DNA of 64,000 nucleotides from Spirochaetia bacterium (GTDB taxonomy: Bacteria > Spirochaetota > Spirochaetia > SZUA-6 > Bin103), in assembly GCA_965203905.1 (NCBI GenBank), contig CBDBDQ010000005.1:6816001-6880000 (forward strand), written 5' to 3'. The notes under the pieces were generated by a model. The model did no database searches and was not told the DNA's origin. It saw nothing but the letters and a program-made list of their open reading frames with translations. The translations under genes were made by a program, and so were the position numbers. This document shows, piece after piece, positions 9,308 through 18,523 of this stretch (position 1 is the stretch's first letter; the number at the start of each line of letters is the position of its first letter).

Positions 9308-10531
9308 ATGGCGGTCCCGGACGCGGCACTGCGGATCACCCGGATCGAGACCTGCCTGCCCAAGGACCTGTTCGCCGGGTTGGTGCTGTGCCGCATCCAT
9401 ACCGACCAGGGGCTGGTCGGGTGCGGCGAGAGTTACTACATCCCCGAGGCCGTGGCGGCGGTGATCCACGACTGGTTCCGCCACCGCCTGCTGGGGGCCG
9501 ATGCGCTGGCCATCGAGAGCCACTGGCGCTTCCTGTACGAGCGGGCAGCCAACTTCGGGGTGCGCGGCGCAGAGCTGCGCGCGCTGTCGGCGGTCGACCT
9601 GGCACTGTGGGACATCCTCGGCCAGGCGACCGGACAGCCGGTGTACCGCCTGCTGGGTGGGCCGGTGCGCGAGCGGGTGCAGGTCTACAACAGTTGCGGC
9701 AGCCCCGGTTACGGCGCCGGCGGTGGCAGCCACACGTGGCCCGGCATGGGGGCGGTCGGCGAGCCCGGCCCCTGGGGCGACAGCTGGCGCGTGTTCCACG
9801 AGCCGGGGGAGCTGGCCGCCGAGCTGGCCGGTCTGGGGTACCCGGCGCTGAAGGTGTGGCCGTTCGATCGCGCCGCGATGGAGGGCGGACCGGGGCTGAT
9901 CTCCAACGCGGATATCGAGGCGGCGTTGCGGCCGCTGCGGGCGATGCGGGACGCGGTAGGCTTTGACCTGGAGCTGCTGGTGGACGGGCACGCTCACTTC
10001 CAGTTTCCCGCCGCAATGCGCATCGCCGAGGCACTGCGGGAGATCCGGCCGCTGTGGCTGGAGGACATCCTGAAGCTGGACAACATCGCCATGCTGGCCG
10101 ACTTCCGGCGCCAGAGCCGGATGCCGATCAGCGCCAGCGAGATGCTCCTGAGCCGGCCCGACTACGCCGAGGTGCTGGAGCGGCGCGCGGCCGACTACCT
10201 CATGGTCGATCCCACCTGGGTGGGCGGCATCTCCGAGGGCAAACGCATCGCGGACCTGGCGCAGGCCTACAACATCCCGGTGAGCATGCACGACTGCACC
10301 GGGCCGCTTACCCTCTTCGCCGGCCTGCACCTCAACGCAGCGCTGCCCAATTGCATCCTGCAGGAGACGGTGCGGGCGCACATCCATACCGTGTATAGCG
10401 AGTTGATCGACGAGGTGCCGCGTATCGTCGACGGCTGCCTCGAACTCCCTCAGCGGCCCGGGCTCGGCGTGGCGCTGAACGAGTCGCTGTTCGATCCCCG
10501 GCGCGACGGGTACCGCAGCAGCGCGCTCTGA
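9308..10531 (+). CDS. Mandelate racemase/muconate lactonizing enzyme family protein
   Basis: TDQGLVGCGE, ALSAVDLALWDILG, metal ligands in DGH/WLED/ASE, HDC, PGLGV. Confidence 0.9.
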   Translation: MAVPDAALRITRIETCLPKDLFAGLVLCRIHTDQGLVGCGESYYIPEAVAAVIHDWFRHRLLGADALAIESHWRFLYERAANFGVRGAELRALSAVDLALWDILGQATGQPVYRLLGGPVRERVQVYNSCGSPGYGAGGGSHTWPGMGAVGEPGPWGDSWRVFHEPGELAAELAGLGYPALKVWPFDRAAMEGGPGLISNADIEAALRPLRAMRDAVGFDLELLVDGHAHFQFPAAMRIAEALREIRPLWLEDILKLDNIAMLADFRRQSRMPISASEMLLSRPDYAEVLERRAADYLMVDPTWVGGISEGKRIADLAQAYNIPVSMHDCTGPLTLFAGLHLNAALPNCILQETVRAHIHTVYSELIDEVPRIVDGCLELPQRPGLGVALNESLFDPRRDGYRSSAL

Positions 10532-10545
10532 AGCAGGATCGGATC

Positions 10546-12027
10546 ATGCGAGTCGGCGTCATCGCGTTGCAGCACGAGACCAATACCTTCATCGAGGAGC
10601 CCACCGGCCTCGACGCGTTCCGCGGCGGCCTGCTGGCCACGGGGGAAGGGTTCCGCGCCGCGGTCGAGGACTCAAACCATGAGCTGGCAGGCTTCTTCGC
10701 CGCCCTGGACCAGGCCGGCGCGGAGGCGGTACCGCTGTTTGGTGCGCGGGCGCTGCCCTACGGCCTAGTCTCCGGCGCCGCCTTCGCGGAACTGAAGCGC
10801 CGCCTGCTGGCCGAGGTCAGAGCGCAACTGCCGCTGGACGGGCTGCTGGTCGCGCCGCACGGGGCCGGCGTCGGCGAGACGGCAGCGGACCTGGATGGCG
10901 ACTGGCTGCAGGCGGTCCGAGCGCTCGTGGGGCCAGAGGTGCCGATCGTCGCGACCGGCGACCCGCACGCCAACCTGTCTCCACGTATGACCGACTCGGT
11001 CGACGCGATCATCGCCTACCGCACCAACCCGCACGTCGACCAGCTCGAGCGCGGGCTGGAAGCGGCGCATCTGCTCGTCGAGCGGTTGCACGGCACGATC
11101 AGGCCGTACTTGGCCGCGGTGTTCCCGCCGCTGGGGATCAGCATCGACAAGCAGTGCACCGACGAGGCGCCGCTGGCGCCGCTGATGGAGCGCATCGAAA
11201 CGGTCCGGCAACGCCCTGAGATCCTCACCGCCAGCCTCTGGCTCGGGTTCCCCTACGCCGACGTGCCAGAGATGGGCGCCGCGGTGACGGTCGTCGCCGA
11301 CGGCGACGCGGCGGCCGCGCAACGAGAGGCCCGTGGGATCGCGCGGGCGCTGTGGGAGATGCGGACGGAGCTGCAGGTGGATCTGCCCAAGGTCCCGGAC
11401 GCGGTCGAGCGCGCGCAGGGGCTGCCACCGCCCGTCTGCCTGCTCGACGTCGGCGACAACGTCGGCGGCGGCTCCGCCGGGGACGGCACCGCGCTTGCCG
11501 CCGAGCTGCAGCGGCGCGGCGACCGGAAGGCGTTCGTGTGCATCTACGATCCCGAGTCGGTCGCCGCGGCCGAGGCCGCGGGCGTAGGGACCACCCGGAG
11601 CTTCCACATAGGCGGCAAGACCGACCGCCTGCACGGCGACACGCTGGTGCTGGAGTGCCGCATCCTCGACCTGTTCGACGGCCGCTTCTACGAGCCGGAG
11701 GTGCGCCACGGCGGCGTGCAGCACTACGACCAGGGCCGCACCGCGCTGGTCGAGAGCGACCGCGGGGTCACCTTCATGCTCACCTCGAAGCGCGTGGTGC
11801 CGGTCAGCATCCATCAACTCACCGACTTCGGCATCGATCCGGCCAGCTTCGGTTGCATCGTGGCCAAGGGAGTCAACGCTCCCCTCGCCGCCTACCGCGA
11901 GGTCTGTCCCTCGTTCATCCGCGTGGACACTCCAGGCAGCACCGCCGCCGCCATGACCGGCTTCCACTTCCGCCACCGGCGACGCCCCATGTATCCCTTC
12001 GAGCCGGACCTGCAATGGTCCCCGTAG
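10546..12027 (+). CDS. M81 family metallopeptidase (MlrC-like)
   Basis: HETNTF, APHGAG, DPHANL, YRTNPHVD, GFPYADVPEMG, DVGDNVGGG. Confidence 0.9.
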   Translation: MRVGVIALQHETNTFIEEPTGLDAFRGGLLATGEGFRAAVEDSNHELAGFFAALDQAGAEAVPLFGARALPYGLVSGAAFAELKRRLLAEVRAQLPLDGLLVAPHGAGVGETAADLDGDWLQAVRALVGPEVPIVATGDPHANLSPRMTDSVDAIIAYRTNPHVDQLERGLEAAHLLVERLHGTIRPYLAAVFPPLGISIDKQCTDEAPLAPLMERIETVRQRPEILTASLWLGFPYADVPEMGAAVTVVADGDAAAAQREARGIARALWEMRTELQVDLPKVPDAVERAQGLPPPVCLLDVGDNVGGGSAGDGTALAAELQRRGDRKAFVCIYDPESVAAAEAAGVGTTRSFHIGGKTDRLHGDTLVLECRILDLFDGRFYEPEVRHGGVQHYDQGRTALVESDRGVTFMLTSKRVVPVSIHQLTDFGIDPASFGCIVAKGVNAPLAAYREVCPSFIRVDTPGSTAAAMTGFHFRHRRRPMYPFEPDLQWSP

Positions 12028-12042
12028 CCGCGGCGCCACTCG

Positions 12043-12101
12043 TTGACTACGAAACGAACGATTCGTAAGCTCTTCGGCTGAGAAAGGAACGGTTCTCAGC
12101 C
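12043..12101 (+). promoter_or_regulatory. Sigma70-like promoter and inverted-repeat operator of the fic gene
   Basis: TTGACT (12043-48)-17 nt-TAAGCT (12066-71); GGCTGAGAA/TTCTCAGCC perfect IR (12076-12101) enclosing the SD and abutting the ATG. Confidence 0.6.
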
Positions 12102-13259
12102 ATGACTCGCACGACCGGTCGCTATCACGTTACCAGCACCCTCCGAGAGGAGGTTCGCGCGTTCGTGCCGTACCCGCTGCCGCCAGCCGATCCGCCCCTG
12201 GTGATGGACGGCGCCGTAGTGGAACTGCACGCCGCGACGCAGGCTGCCGTCGCCCGGCTCGCCGTGGCGGGTACGATGGTGCCGAGCACCGACTGGTTTC
12301 TCTACGGATTCGTACGCAAGGAAGCGGTCATCACGTCGCAGATCGAGGGGACGCAGGCTACGCTCCGCGACGTGCTCACCTTCGAAGCCACCACACAGGC
12401 GGAACGGCCCGACGACGTCCAGGAGGTGTGCAACTACGTAGCGGCCGTTGCCTACGTGCGCACGCAACTCGCCGACCCGAAGGGTCTCCCGCTGAGCACC
12501 CGCCTGCTGCGCGAGGCGCACCGTCTGCTCATGCGCGGTGCCCGCGGCCGGAACAAGCTCCCTGGAGAGCTGCGCCGCTCGCAGAACTGGGTGGGGGGCA
12601 GCCGGCCCGGCAATGCCAGCTTCGTCCCCCCGCCGCCGGAGGAAGTTCCCGCTACGCTCTCAGCGCTGGAGCGGTGGTGGCACGCCGACAGCCACCTTCC
12701 GCCACTGGTGCGGGCGGGACTCGCCCACGTGCAGTTCGAAACGATCCATCCGTTTCTCGACGGCAACGGCCGCATCGGCCGACTGCTGATCGCCCTCCTG
12801 GTGGAGCACTGGGGCCTGCTCGGTCAGCCGCTGCTCTACCTCAGCGTGGCGTTCAAGCGCCGACAGCAGGAGTACTACGCCCGGCTGGCGGCCGTGCGCA
12901 CGCACGGCGATTGGGAGGGTTGGATCGGGTTCTTCCTGGAGTGCGTGCTGGAGGCCGCCGACGACGGAGTCAACGTTGCCCAGGCGCTCCACGCCCTCAC
13001 GGGCCGCCACCGCCGTCGCATCATGGCCCACGCTCGTGCCAGCGTCGCCGCCATGCACTTGCTCGACCACCTGCCGTCCAACCCGGTCGTCACCGTGGCG
13101 AACGCCTGCACGTTGCTTGGCTTGACGGCGCCGCCGACGCGCAAGGCGATATCGCTGCTGGAACAGGTCGGCGTGCTGCGCGAAATCACCGGCAGGCGGC
13201 GCGACCGCGTGTACGCCTACCACGACTACCTGCAGGTCCTGATGCGCGACGAGACGTAG
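12102..13259 (+). CDS. fic: Fic family protein (class II: N-terminal inhibitory motif, C-terminal HTH)
   Basis: HPFLDGNGRIGR Fic motif; TSQIEG inhibitory motif; C-terminal LREITGRRRDRVY. Confidence 0.92.
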   Translation: MTRTTGRYHVTSTLREEVRAFVPYPLPPADPPLVMDGAVVELHAATQAAVARLAVAGTMVPSTDWFLYGFVRKEAVITSQIEGTQATLRDVLTFEATTQAERPDDVQEVCNYVAAVAYVRTQLADPKGLPLSTRLLREAHRLLMRGARGRNKLPGELRRSQNWVGGSRPGNASFVPPPPEEVPATLSALERWWHADSHLPPLVRAGLAHVQFETIHPFLDGNGRIGRLLIALLVEHWGLLGQPLLYLSVAFKRRQQEYYARLAAVRTHGDWEGWIGFFLECVLEAADDGVNVAQALHALTGRHRRRIMAHARASVAAMHLLDHLPSNPVVTVANACTLLGLTAPPTRKAISLLEQVGVLREITGRRRDRVYAYHDYLQVLMRDET

Positions 13260-13276
13260 AGCCAGGTGGTGGATGG

Positions 13277-14470
13277 CTACTTGGCTGTGCTCAGCGATTC
13301 ATCTGTCCCGACCGTCGTCAGGATGTCGGCGAAAGGGCTCTCGGGGATCAGCGCACGGAGGAATGGCTCGCACGGGAGGCACAGCACCCCGCGTTCGCGG
13401 ATGCGGCGCGGGCCGCGGTAGAGCAGCACGGGCGTCGCGATCGGATAGTCTTGCGTGAATGCCCGGAGTCCGTTGAAGTCTCTCGGGTGGAGTGTGGCGC
13501 TGCTCTTGACCTCGATGGCGAACAGGCCACTCTCTCCGTAGAGGACGAAATCGACCTCGTTGCCGGCACCGGTCCGCCAGAAGCTCAAGGTGTCGTCGCG
13601 GCTTGAATAGGCGATCCAGGCGCGCAGATGCTGGGCTACCAGACCCTCCAGAGCCGCTCCCGCGAGTTCCTCGGTGCGATCGAGCGGTCCCTTCGGCCGC
13701 AACGAACGGAACAGCCCGGGGTCGATCAGGTAGAGCTTGGGATGCGTGGTCATGCGCCGTCGTGCCCGGCGGGTAAACACCGGCAGGGTGAACGCCAGCA
13801 GCAGGTCGCGCAACACCTCCAGGTACCCGTCCGCCACTTTGCGTCCCACCTGGCATTCGCGCGCCAGGTTGGACACGTTGAGGACCGTGGCATGACTGAA
13901 GCTCACCGCTTCGAGAAAGCGAGAGAACGCGCCAATGTTCCTTACCAGCCCCTCCGCCTGCACCTCTTCGCGCACGTAGAGGGCGGCATATGAGCGCAGG
14001 GCGGCAGCCGGGTCGGCCGCGTCGACGACCAGCGGGATCAGTCCCTGCGCGAGGGCGCGATCCAGGCTGAAGCCGGCGCGCAACTCGGCCGCCATGAACG
14101 GGTGCATGGTGGTGAGGACCGCACGCCCGGCCAGCAGGTCCACCCCGGTGCGGCGCAGCTTGCGGGCACTGGAGCCGGTGAGCACGAAGCGAAGGCCCTT
14201 GTCGAGCTCGATGAGCTGGTGCACGACCTGCAGCAACTCCGGCACCCGCTGAACCTCGTCGACGACCACCGGCCGCTTGCCGGGACTCGCCGCGATGGTC
14301 CGTCGCAGGCGCTCCGGGGCCGCCCCGTAGAAACGCGTGCTCTCCGGATCGATGAGATCGATGATCAGCGCATCCGGGTAATGGTCGCGCAGCCACGTCG
14401 ACTTGCCGGTACCGCGCGGGCCGAATAGAAAGAAGCTCGCCGCGGGAGGCCGGTAGAATCGCGCGTACAC
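13277..14470 (-). CDS. ATP-binding protein AAA_14 + DUF4143 (C-terminal PD-(D/E)XK-like domain)
   Basis: GPRGTGKS, VDEVQ, LTGSSA, PKLYLIDPGL, EVDFV..AIEVKS. Confidence 0.9.
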   Translation of the reverse strand: MYARFYRPPAASFFLFGPRGTGKSTWLRDHYPDALIIDLIDPESTRFYGAAPERLRRTIAASPGKRPVVVDEVQRVPELLQVVHQLIELDKGLRFVLTGSSARKLRRTGVDLLAGRAVLTTMHPFMAAELRAGFSLDRALAQGLIPLVVDAADPAAALRSYAALYVREEVQAEGLVRNIGAFSRFLEAVSFSHATVLNVSNLARECQVGRKVADGYLEVLRDLLLAFTLPVFTRRARRRMTTHPKLYLIDPGLFRSLRPKGPLDRTEELAGAALEGLVAQHLRAWIAYSSRDDTLSFWRTGAGNEVDFVLYGESGLFAIEVKSSATLHPRDFNGLRAFTQDYPIATPVLLYRGPRRIRERGVLCLPCEPFLRALIPESPFADILTTVGTDESLSTAK

Positions 14471-14625
14471 GCCGCGACGCTACCTCGCCCGCGCCGTTTT
14501 GTCCAGTACAATCCCTTTTTAGGTCGAAAAACGGAATAAACCCATCCACATTGCTCTCCCATGAACTCGGCCTGGAAGAACGCTGGTTGCAAGAGAGCGC
14601 TCTTGCGCAATAGCCTGGACGGGTC

Positions 14626-15780
14626 ATGGGGGACACTGAATATCCGCCGCTGGTCGAGGTTCGCGATCACCTGCGCGTGAAGTGGTATCGGTCGCCGATC
14701 GAGCCGGCCACCCTGCGCGCGCTGATGCAGCGCAGCGACCTGCAGGGGTGGTTGCAGGCGGGCGGCCACCTGGCGCTGGCCGTGGCCACCGGGGCGTTGG
14801 TGTGCTGGTGCTGGTCGCGCAACCTGTGGCTGGGGTTCGCGCTGGCACTGTTCGCACACGGCACGGTGGTCAGCTTCTTCGCCGGCGTCGCGCCGCACGA
14901 GCTGGCGCACGGCACCGTGTTCCGTACCAAGCGACTCAACGGCGTGTTCCTGTACCTGCTCAGCCTGTGGAGCTGGTGGGACCCGTTCGATTACGGCACC
15001 AGCCACACCTATCACCACCGCTACACCCTGTACCCGGAGGGCGACCGGGAGAACCTGCTGCCGCTGCACCCGTCGGTCGGGCGCACCTTCCTGCTGCAGA
15101 TGTTCACCGTCAACCTGCTCACCAGGCCGGGGCGCAACTTCGGCAAGGGCGGGCTGCTCTCGACCGTGGCGGTCACCGCGCTGTCGGCGTGCGGCCTGAT
15201 CGGCTCGACCAAGGCCCCGATCAGGCAGTGGATCGAGGCGCTGCACCTCGACCAGCCGGCCGAGGCGTGGAAGTCGATGTGGTTCGCGCGCGCGCAGCTC
15301 CTGTTCCACGGCACCGTGGTGGTGGTCGGGCTCGCCAGCGGGCTGTGGGTGCTGCCCCTGGTCATCACCGTGGCGCCGTTCATCGGCAACTGGCTCGTCT
15401 ACTTCGTCGGGCTGCCCCAGCACTGCGGGCTGCGCGACAACGTCCCGGACTTCCGCAAGTCCACCCGCTCGATGAAGCTGGACCCGATCTCGACCTTCCT
15501 CTACTGGCGCATGAACTGGCACACTGAGCACCACATGTACGCTGGCGTGCCGTGCTACAACCTCAGGAAGCTGGCGCGCGCCATCGCCGCCGACATGCCG
15601 GCACCGCGCACGCTGCTGGGCGCCTGGCGCGAGATGCTCCAGATCTGGAACCGGCAGCTTGAAGATCCCGACTACCAGTACGACACCCCGCTGCCGGCGA
15701 CGGCGGGCGACACAGCCAAAGACGAGAAGGACAACCTGGAGGGCTCGATCGGCGAATTGGCTCCCTCCGGACTGCGTTAA
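14626..15780 (+). CDS. Membrane fatty acid desaturase family protein
   Basis: Three His boxes (HELAH, HTYHH, HTEHH) with TM segments. Confidence 0.88.
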   Translation: MGDTEYPPLVEVRDHLRVKWYRSPIEPATLRALMQRSDLQGWLQAGGHLALAVATGALVCWCWSRNLWLGFALALFAHGTVVSFFAGVAPHELAHGTVFRTKRLNGVFLYLLSLWSWWDPFDYGTSHTYHHRYTLYPEGDRENLLPLHPSVGRTFLLQMFTVNLLTRPGRNFGKGGLLSTVAVTALSACGLIGSTKAPIRQWIEALHLDQPAEAWKSMWFARAQLLFHGTVVVVGLASGLWVLPLVITVAPFIGNWLVYFVGLPQHCGLRDNVPDFRKSTRSMKLDPISTFLYWRMNWHTEHHMYAGVPCYNLRKLARAIAADMPAPRTLLGAWREMLQIWNRQLEDPDYQYDTPLPATAGDTAKDEKDNLEGSIGELAPSGLR

Positions 15781-16118
15781 CTCGTGCTGCGTCACTTGGT
15801 GACGCCGTTGAGCCGGCCGGCCCTGCTCACGGTCGCCGTCTTCTCGGCCCCCTTTCGAAATGGAACGACTCGCGGCAGGTCACCTTGGGCCCTGGGGCTG
15901 GCGAAGTCACCGGCCTGTACACCTCGCAGTGGCACCTGCTGATGTCCGGATACGCCCGCCGCGCTCCGCGTCGTTCCGCGTGAACGCGATAGCGGCAGCG
16001 AGTCTTGACCGTGCCGACCGGATCGGGGACGCTGCCGACCGGCAGGCACCGTCGCCCCAGGACGCGGGAGACCATGAATGCCGACGCAAGGGGCTCGCGG
16101 CGAGAGGAACATGACACG

Positions 16119-16322
16119 ATGAAGGTGAAGGTAGTGGTGCATCAAGCGGAAGAGGGCGGCTATTGGGCCGAGGTGCCCTCCATTCCAGGATGTGCGACGC
16201 AAGGAGAATCGTTTGAAGAGTTGCTGATGAACCTCTACGAAGCCATCGAAGGTTGCCTCGCCGTCGAGGTCGACGAACTGCCGCTGTCGAAGGAGGACAA
16301 GGTAATCGAAATCGCGGTATGA
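16119..16322 (+). CDS. hicB: Type II TA antitoxin HicB (short form)
   Basis: EEGGYWAEVPSIPGCATQGESFEELLMNLYEAIEGCL; SD GAGGA. Confidence 0.92.
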   Translation: MKVKVVVHQAEEGGYWAEVPSIPGCATQGESFEELLMNLYEAIEGCLAVEVDELPLSKEDKVIEIAV

Positions 16323-16525
16323 AGGCCGTCAGCGGTAAGCGGTTCTGCAGTATTCTCGAAGCGAAGGGATGGCAACTGAAACGCGTCAACGGAAGCCATC
16401 ACATATTCACGAAGGCCAGCGTCTCCGTCCGCATCTCTGTTCCGGTTCACGCAGATCGGGCGCTGAAAACCGGACTGCAGCGATACCTGATGAAATTGGC
16501 CGAGATTCACGAATCCGATCTTTGA
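16319..16525 (+). CDS. hicA: Type II TA toxin HicA (mRNase)
   Basis: GWQLKRVNGSHHIF..ISVPVH..LKTGL; ATGA overlap with hicB. Confidence 0.92.
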   Translation: MKAVSGKRFCSILEAKGWQLKRVNGSHHIFTKASVSVRISVPVHADRALKTGLQRYLMKLAEIHESDL

Positions 16526-16576
16526 GCCAACTTGCGCTCACTCGTGCTGGGTCCATTCGCCCGGACGGCGCCCAGC

Positions 16577-17314
16577 CTACTCCCAGTGCGGGATCATCTC
16601 GATCTCCGGATTCGAGGTGGTGTAGAGCGGCAGCTCCGGCGTGTGGACCGTGGGCGACTGGGTGACGGCAAGCAGGATCAGGTCGGCCACGTCCTCCGGT
16701 CGACCGAGCTGCGACACCTCGTCCCGGTGGTGGTCGCGGCGCATCTTGGTGTCCATCGGCCCCGGCTCCACCAGGGTCGCCTTCACGCCGTGCGGGCGCC
16801 CCTCCAATCCGGTGATGCCGGTGAATCCTCGCACGCCGAACTTGGCCGCACCGTAGGCGCCGTAGTTGGCGCCCGGGTGCCTGCCGGCGAGCGATGAGAC
16901 GTTGACGATGTGGCCGCGCCCGCGCTCGCACATGTGACTGAACACCGCCTGGGTGCACAGGAACACCGCCTTGAGGTTGACGGCGATGTTGCGGTCCCAC
17001 AGCTCCTCGGTGATCAACGGTATTGGTGAGGTACCGGCCACACCGGCGTTGTTGACCAGGATGTCCACCTGGCCGAAGCGATCGATGGTGCGCGCCACCA
17101 TTTCCTGCACCGCCGCCTTGTCGGCGACGTCGGTGGGGATGGCGAGCGCCTCGCGGCCGAGCGCGCGAATCTCGCCGGCCACGGCGTCGATCTCCGCGGC
17201 GGTCCGTGCCGCCAGCGTCACGCCGGCCCCTTCGCGGGCCAGCGCCAGTGCGGTCGCCCGGCCGATGCCGCGGCCGGCGCCGGTGACGATGGCGGTCTGG
17301 TTCTGCAGTCTCAT
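16577..17314 (-). CDS. SDR family oxidoreductase
   Basis: [17 protein letters not shown]. Confidence 0.92.
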   Translation of the reverse strand: MRLQNQTAIVTGAGRGIGRATALALAREGAGVTLAARTAAEIDAVAGEIRALGREALAIPTDVADKAAVQEMVARTIDRFGQVDILVNNAGVAGTSPIPLITEELWDRNIAVNLKAVFLCTQAVFSHMCERGRGHIVNVSSLAGRHPGANYGAYGAAKFGVRGFTGITGLEGRPHGVKATLVEPGPMDTKMRRDHHRDEVSQLGRPEDVADLILLAVTQSPTVHTPELPLYTTSNPEIEMIPHWE

Positions 17315-18489
17315 GGTTTGGCTCCTTGTGTTGCGGAGGCTGCCCCCGCTGCCGCGGCCCGGCGTTCCAGCTCGCCGCGCCAGCCGATCATTTCTCCCGC
17401 CTTGAGCCGTTCGATGTCGAACTCCGGATAGCGGTCCTCAAGCGTATCCCCCAGTCTCTGGGTCTCCGCCCAGCGGTCCCAGGCGATCTTCATCCAGTCG
17501 TACGGCAGCGCGGCGCGTACGGCCGGATCGAGTTGCCAGGCGTTGCGCACGTCCGCCACCGACGGCTCGCCGGTGAACGGGCCCGACCACCGTGACCAGC
17601 CGATCGAGAGCGTGTTGCGCTCGCGTTCGGGGACGGTGTGCCCGGTGTGAATGGTGGCGCCGTTGCGGACCAGCGCTTCCCCCGCCTTGAGCCAGATCGC
17701 GACTTGGCCGGGCAGCGGATCCACGCCGTTCCAACTGGGCGTGTGCGGCACCCCCTGCTCCTTCATCTCCTGCGGCAGCAGCACGTCATGCTCGAACGGC
17801 GTGCGCCAGCGCCGGTGGCTGGTCGGTATCAACTCGTGGCATTCGTCGTCCACCAGTGCCAGGAAGATGTTCACGCCACTCCGTTCCCTGATCGACTGCT
17901 CGTTCTTTTCCTGGATCTCCTTCCAGCGGATCCGCTCGATCTCCTCGGAGTACGCCTCGGGCCCCTCGCCGCGCACCTCGCGCTGGGCGAAATAGTTCTC
18001 GCCGGTGCCCCACCAGGTCACGTCCCGGTGCCAACCGAGACGATTCTCGCCCAGGCGCGGGTTGCACCACAGCAGCATCGGACTCATCACCATCTCCTCC
18101 GGACCGAGCCCGTGACACCAGGCGGCGACGAAGTCGAGGAACTCGCGGGACCCGAGGAACTCGGCAAAGGCGGGCTCCTCGAAGGCGGGATGAATCAGGC
18201 CCCGGATCGCCCACGGCTCGTCGTCGCCAGCGCGGTGCACGTAGCCCTTCGAGCAGTCGATCGTGCGGTAGCCGTTGGCGGGTGCGCACGCCTCGGTGAC
18301 GCGGCGGCCCGCCTCGCGCAGCACTGGGATCCAGTGGCTGGCGACGAAGTCGGTGACGATGACGAACCCGTGCTCCTGCAAGTATTCCAGACGCTCCGGG
18401 GTCGCTCCGGGTGCGGCGTGCTCGGGTTTCGCATCGGCAAATGCCGTGGCCCGATAGGAATGCGCCGCCGGTGGCTGTTCGGTGCTCAT
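17311..18489 (-). CDS. PhyH-like Fe(II)/2OG dioxygenase
   Basis: LQEHGFVIV, WHRD, LIPTSHRR, IHTG..ER. Confidence 0.7.
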   Translation of the reverse strand: MSTEQPPAAHSYRATAFADAKPEHAAPGATPERLEYLQEHGFVIVTDFVASHWIPVLREAGRRVTEACAPANGYRTIDCSKGYVHRAGDDEPWAIRGLIHPAFEEPAFAEFLGSREFLDFVAAWCHGLGPEEMVMSPMLLWCNPRLGENRLGWHRDVTWWGTGENYFAQREVRGEGPEAYSEEIERIRWKEIQEKNEQSIRERSGVNIFLALVDDECHELIPTSHRRWRTPFEHDVLLPQEMKEQGVPHTPSWNGVDPLPGQVAIWLKAGEALVRNGATIHTGHTVPERERNTLSIGWSRWSGPFTGEPSVADVRNAWQLDPAVRAALPYDWMKIAWDRWAETQRLGDTLEDRYPEFDIERLKAGEMIGWRGELERRAAAAGAASATQGAKP

Positions 18490-18523
18490 GCTCGTCCCTC
18501 CTGCGTTATGCGGGTTCCGGCAG

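Noticed and set aside
15790-16000. Possible gene fragment (DLPRVVPFRKGAEKTATVSRAGRLNG) on the minus strand
   Set aside because: Looks coding-like, but I cannot assign a family or a start; needs BLASTX.
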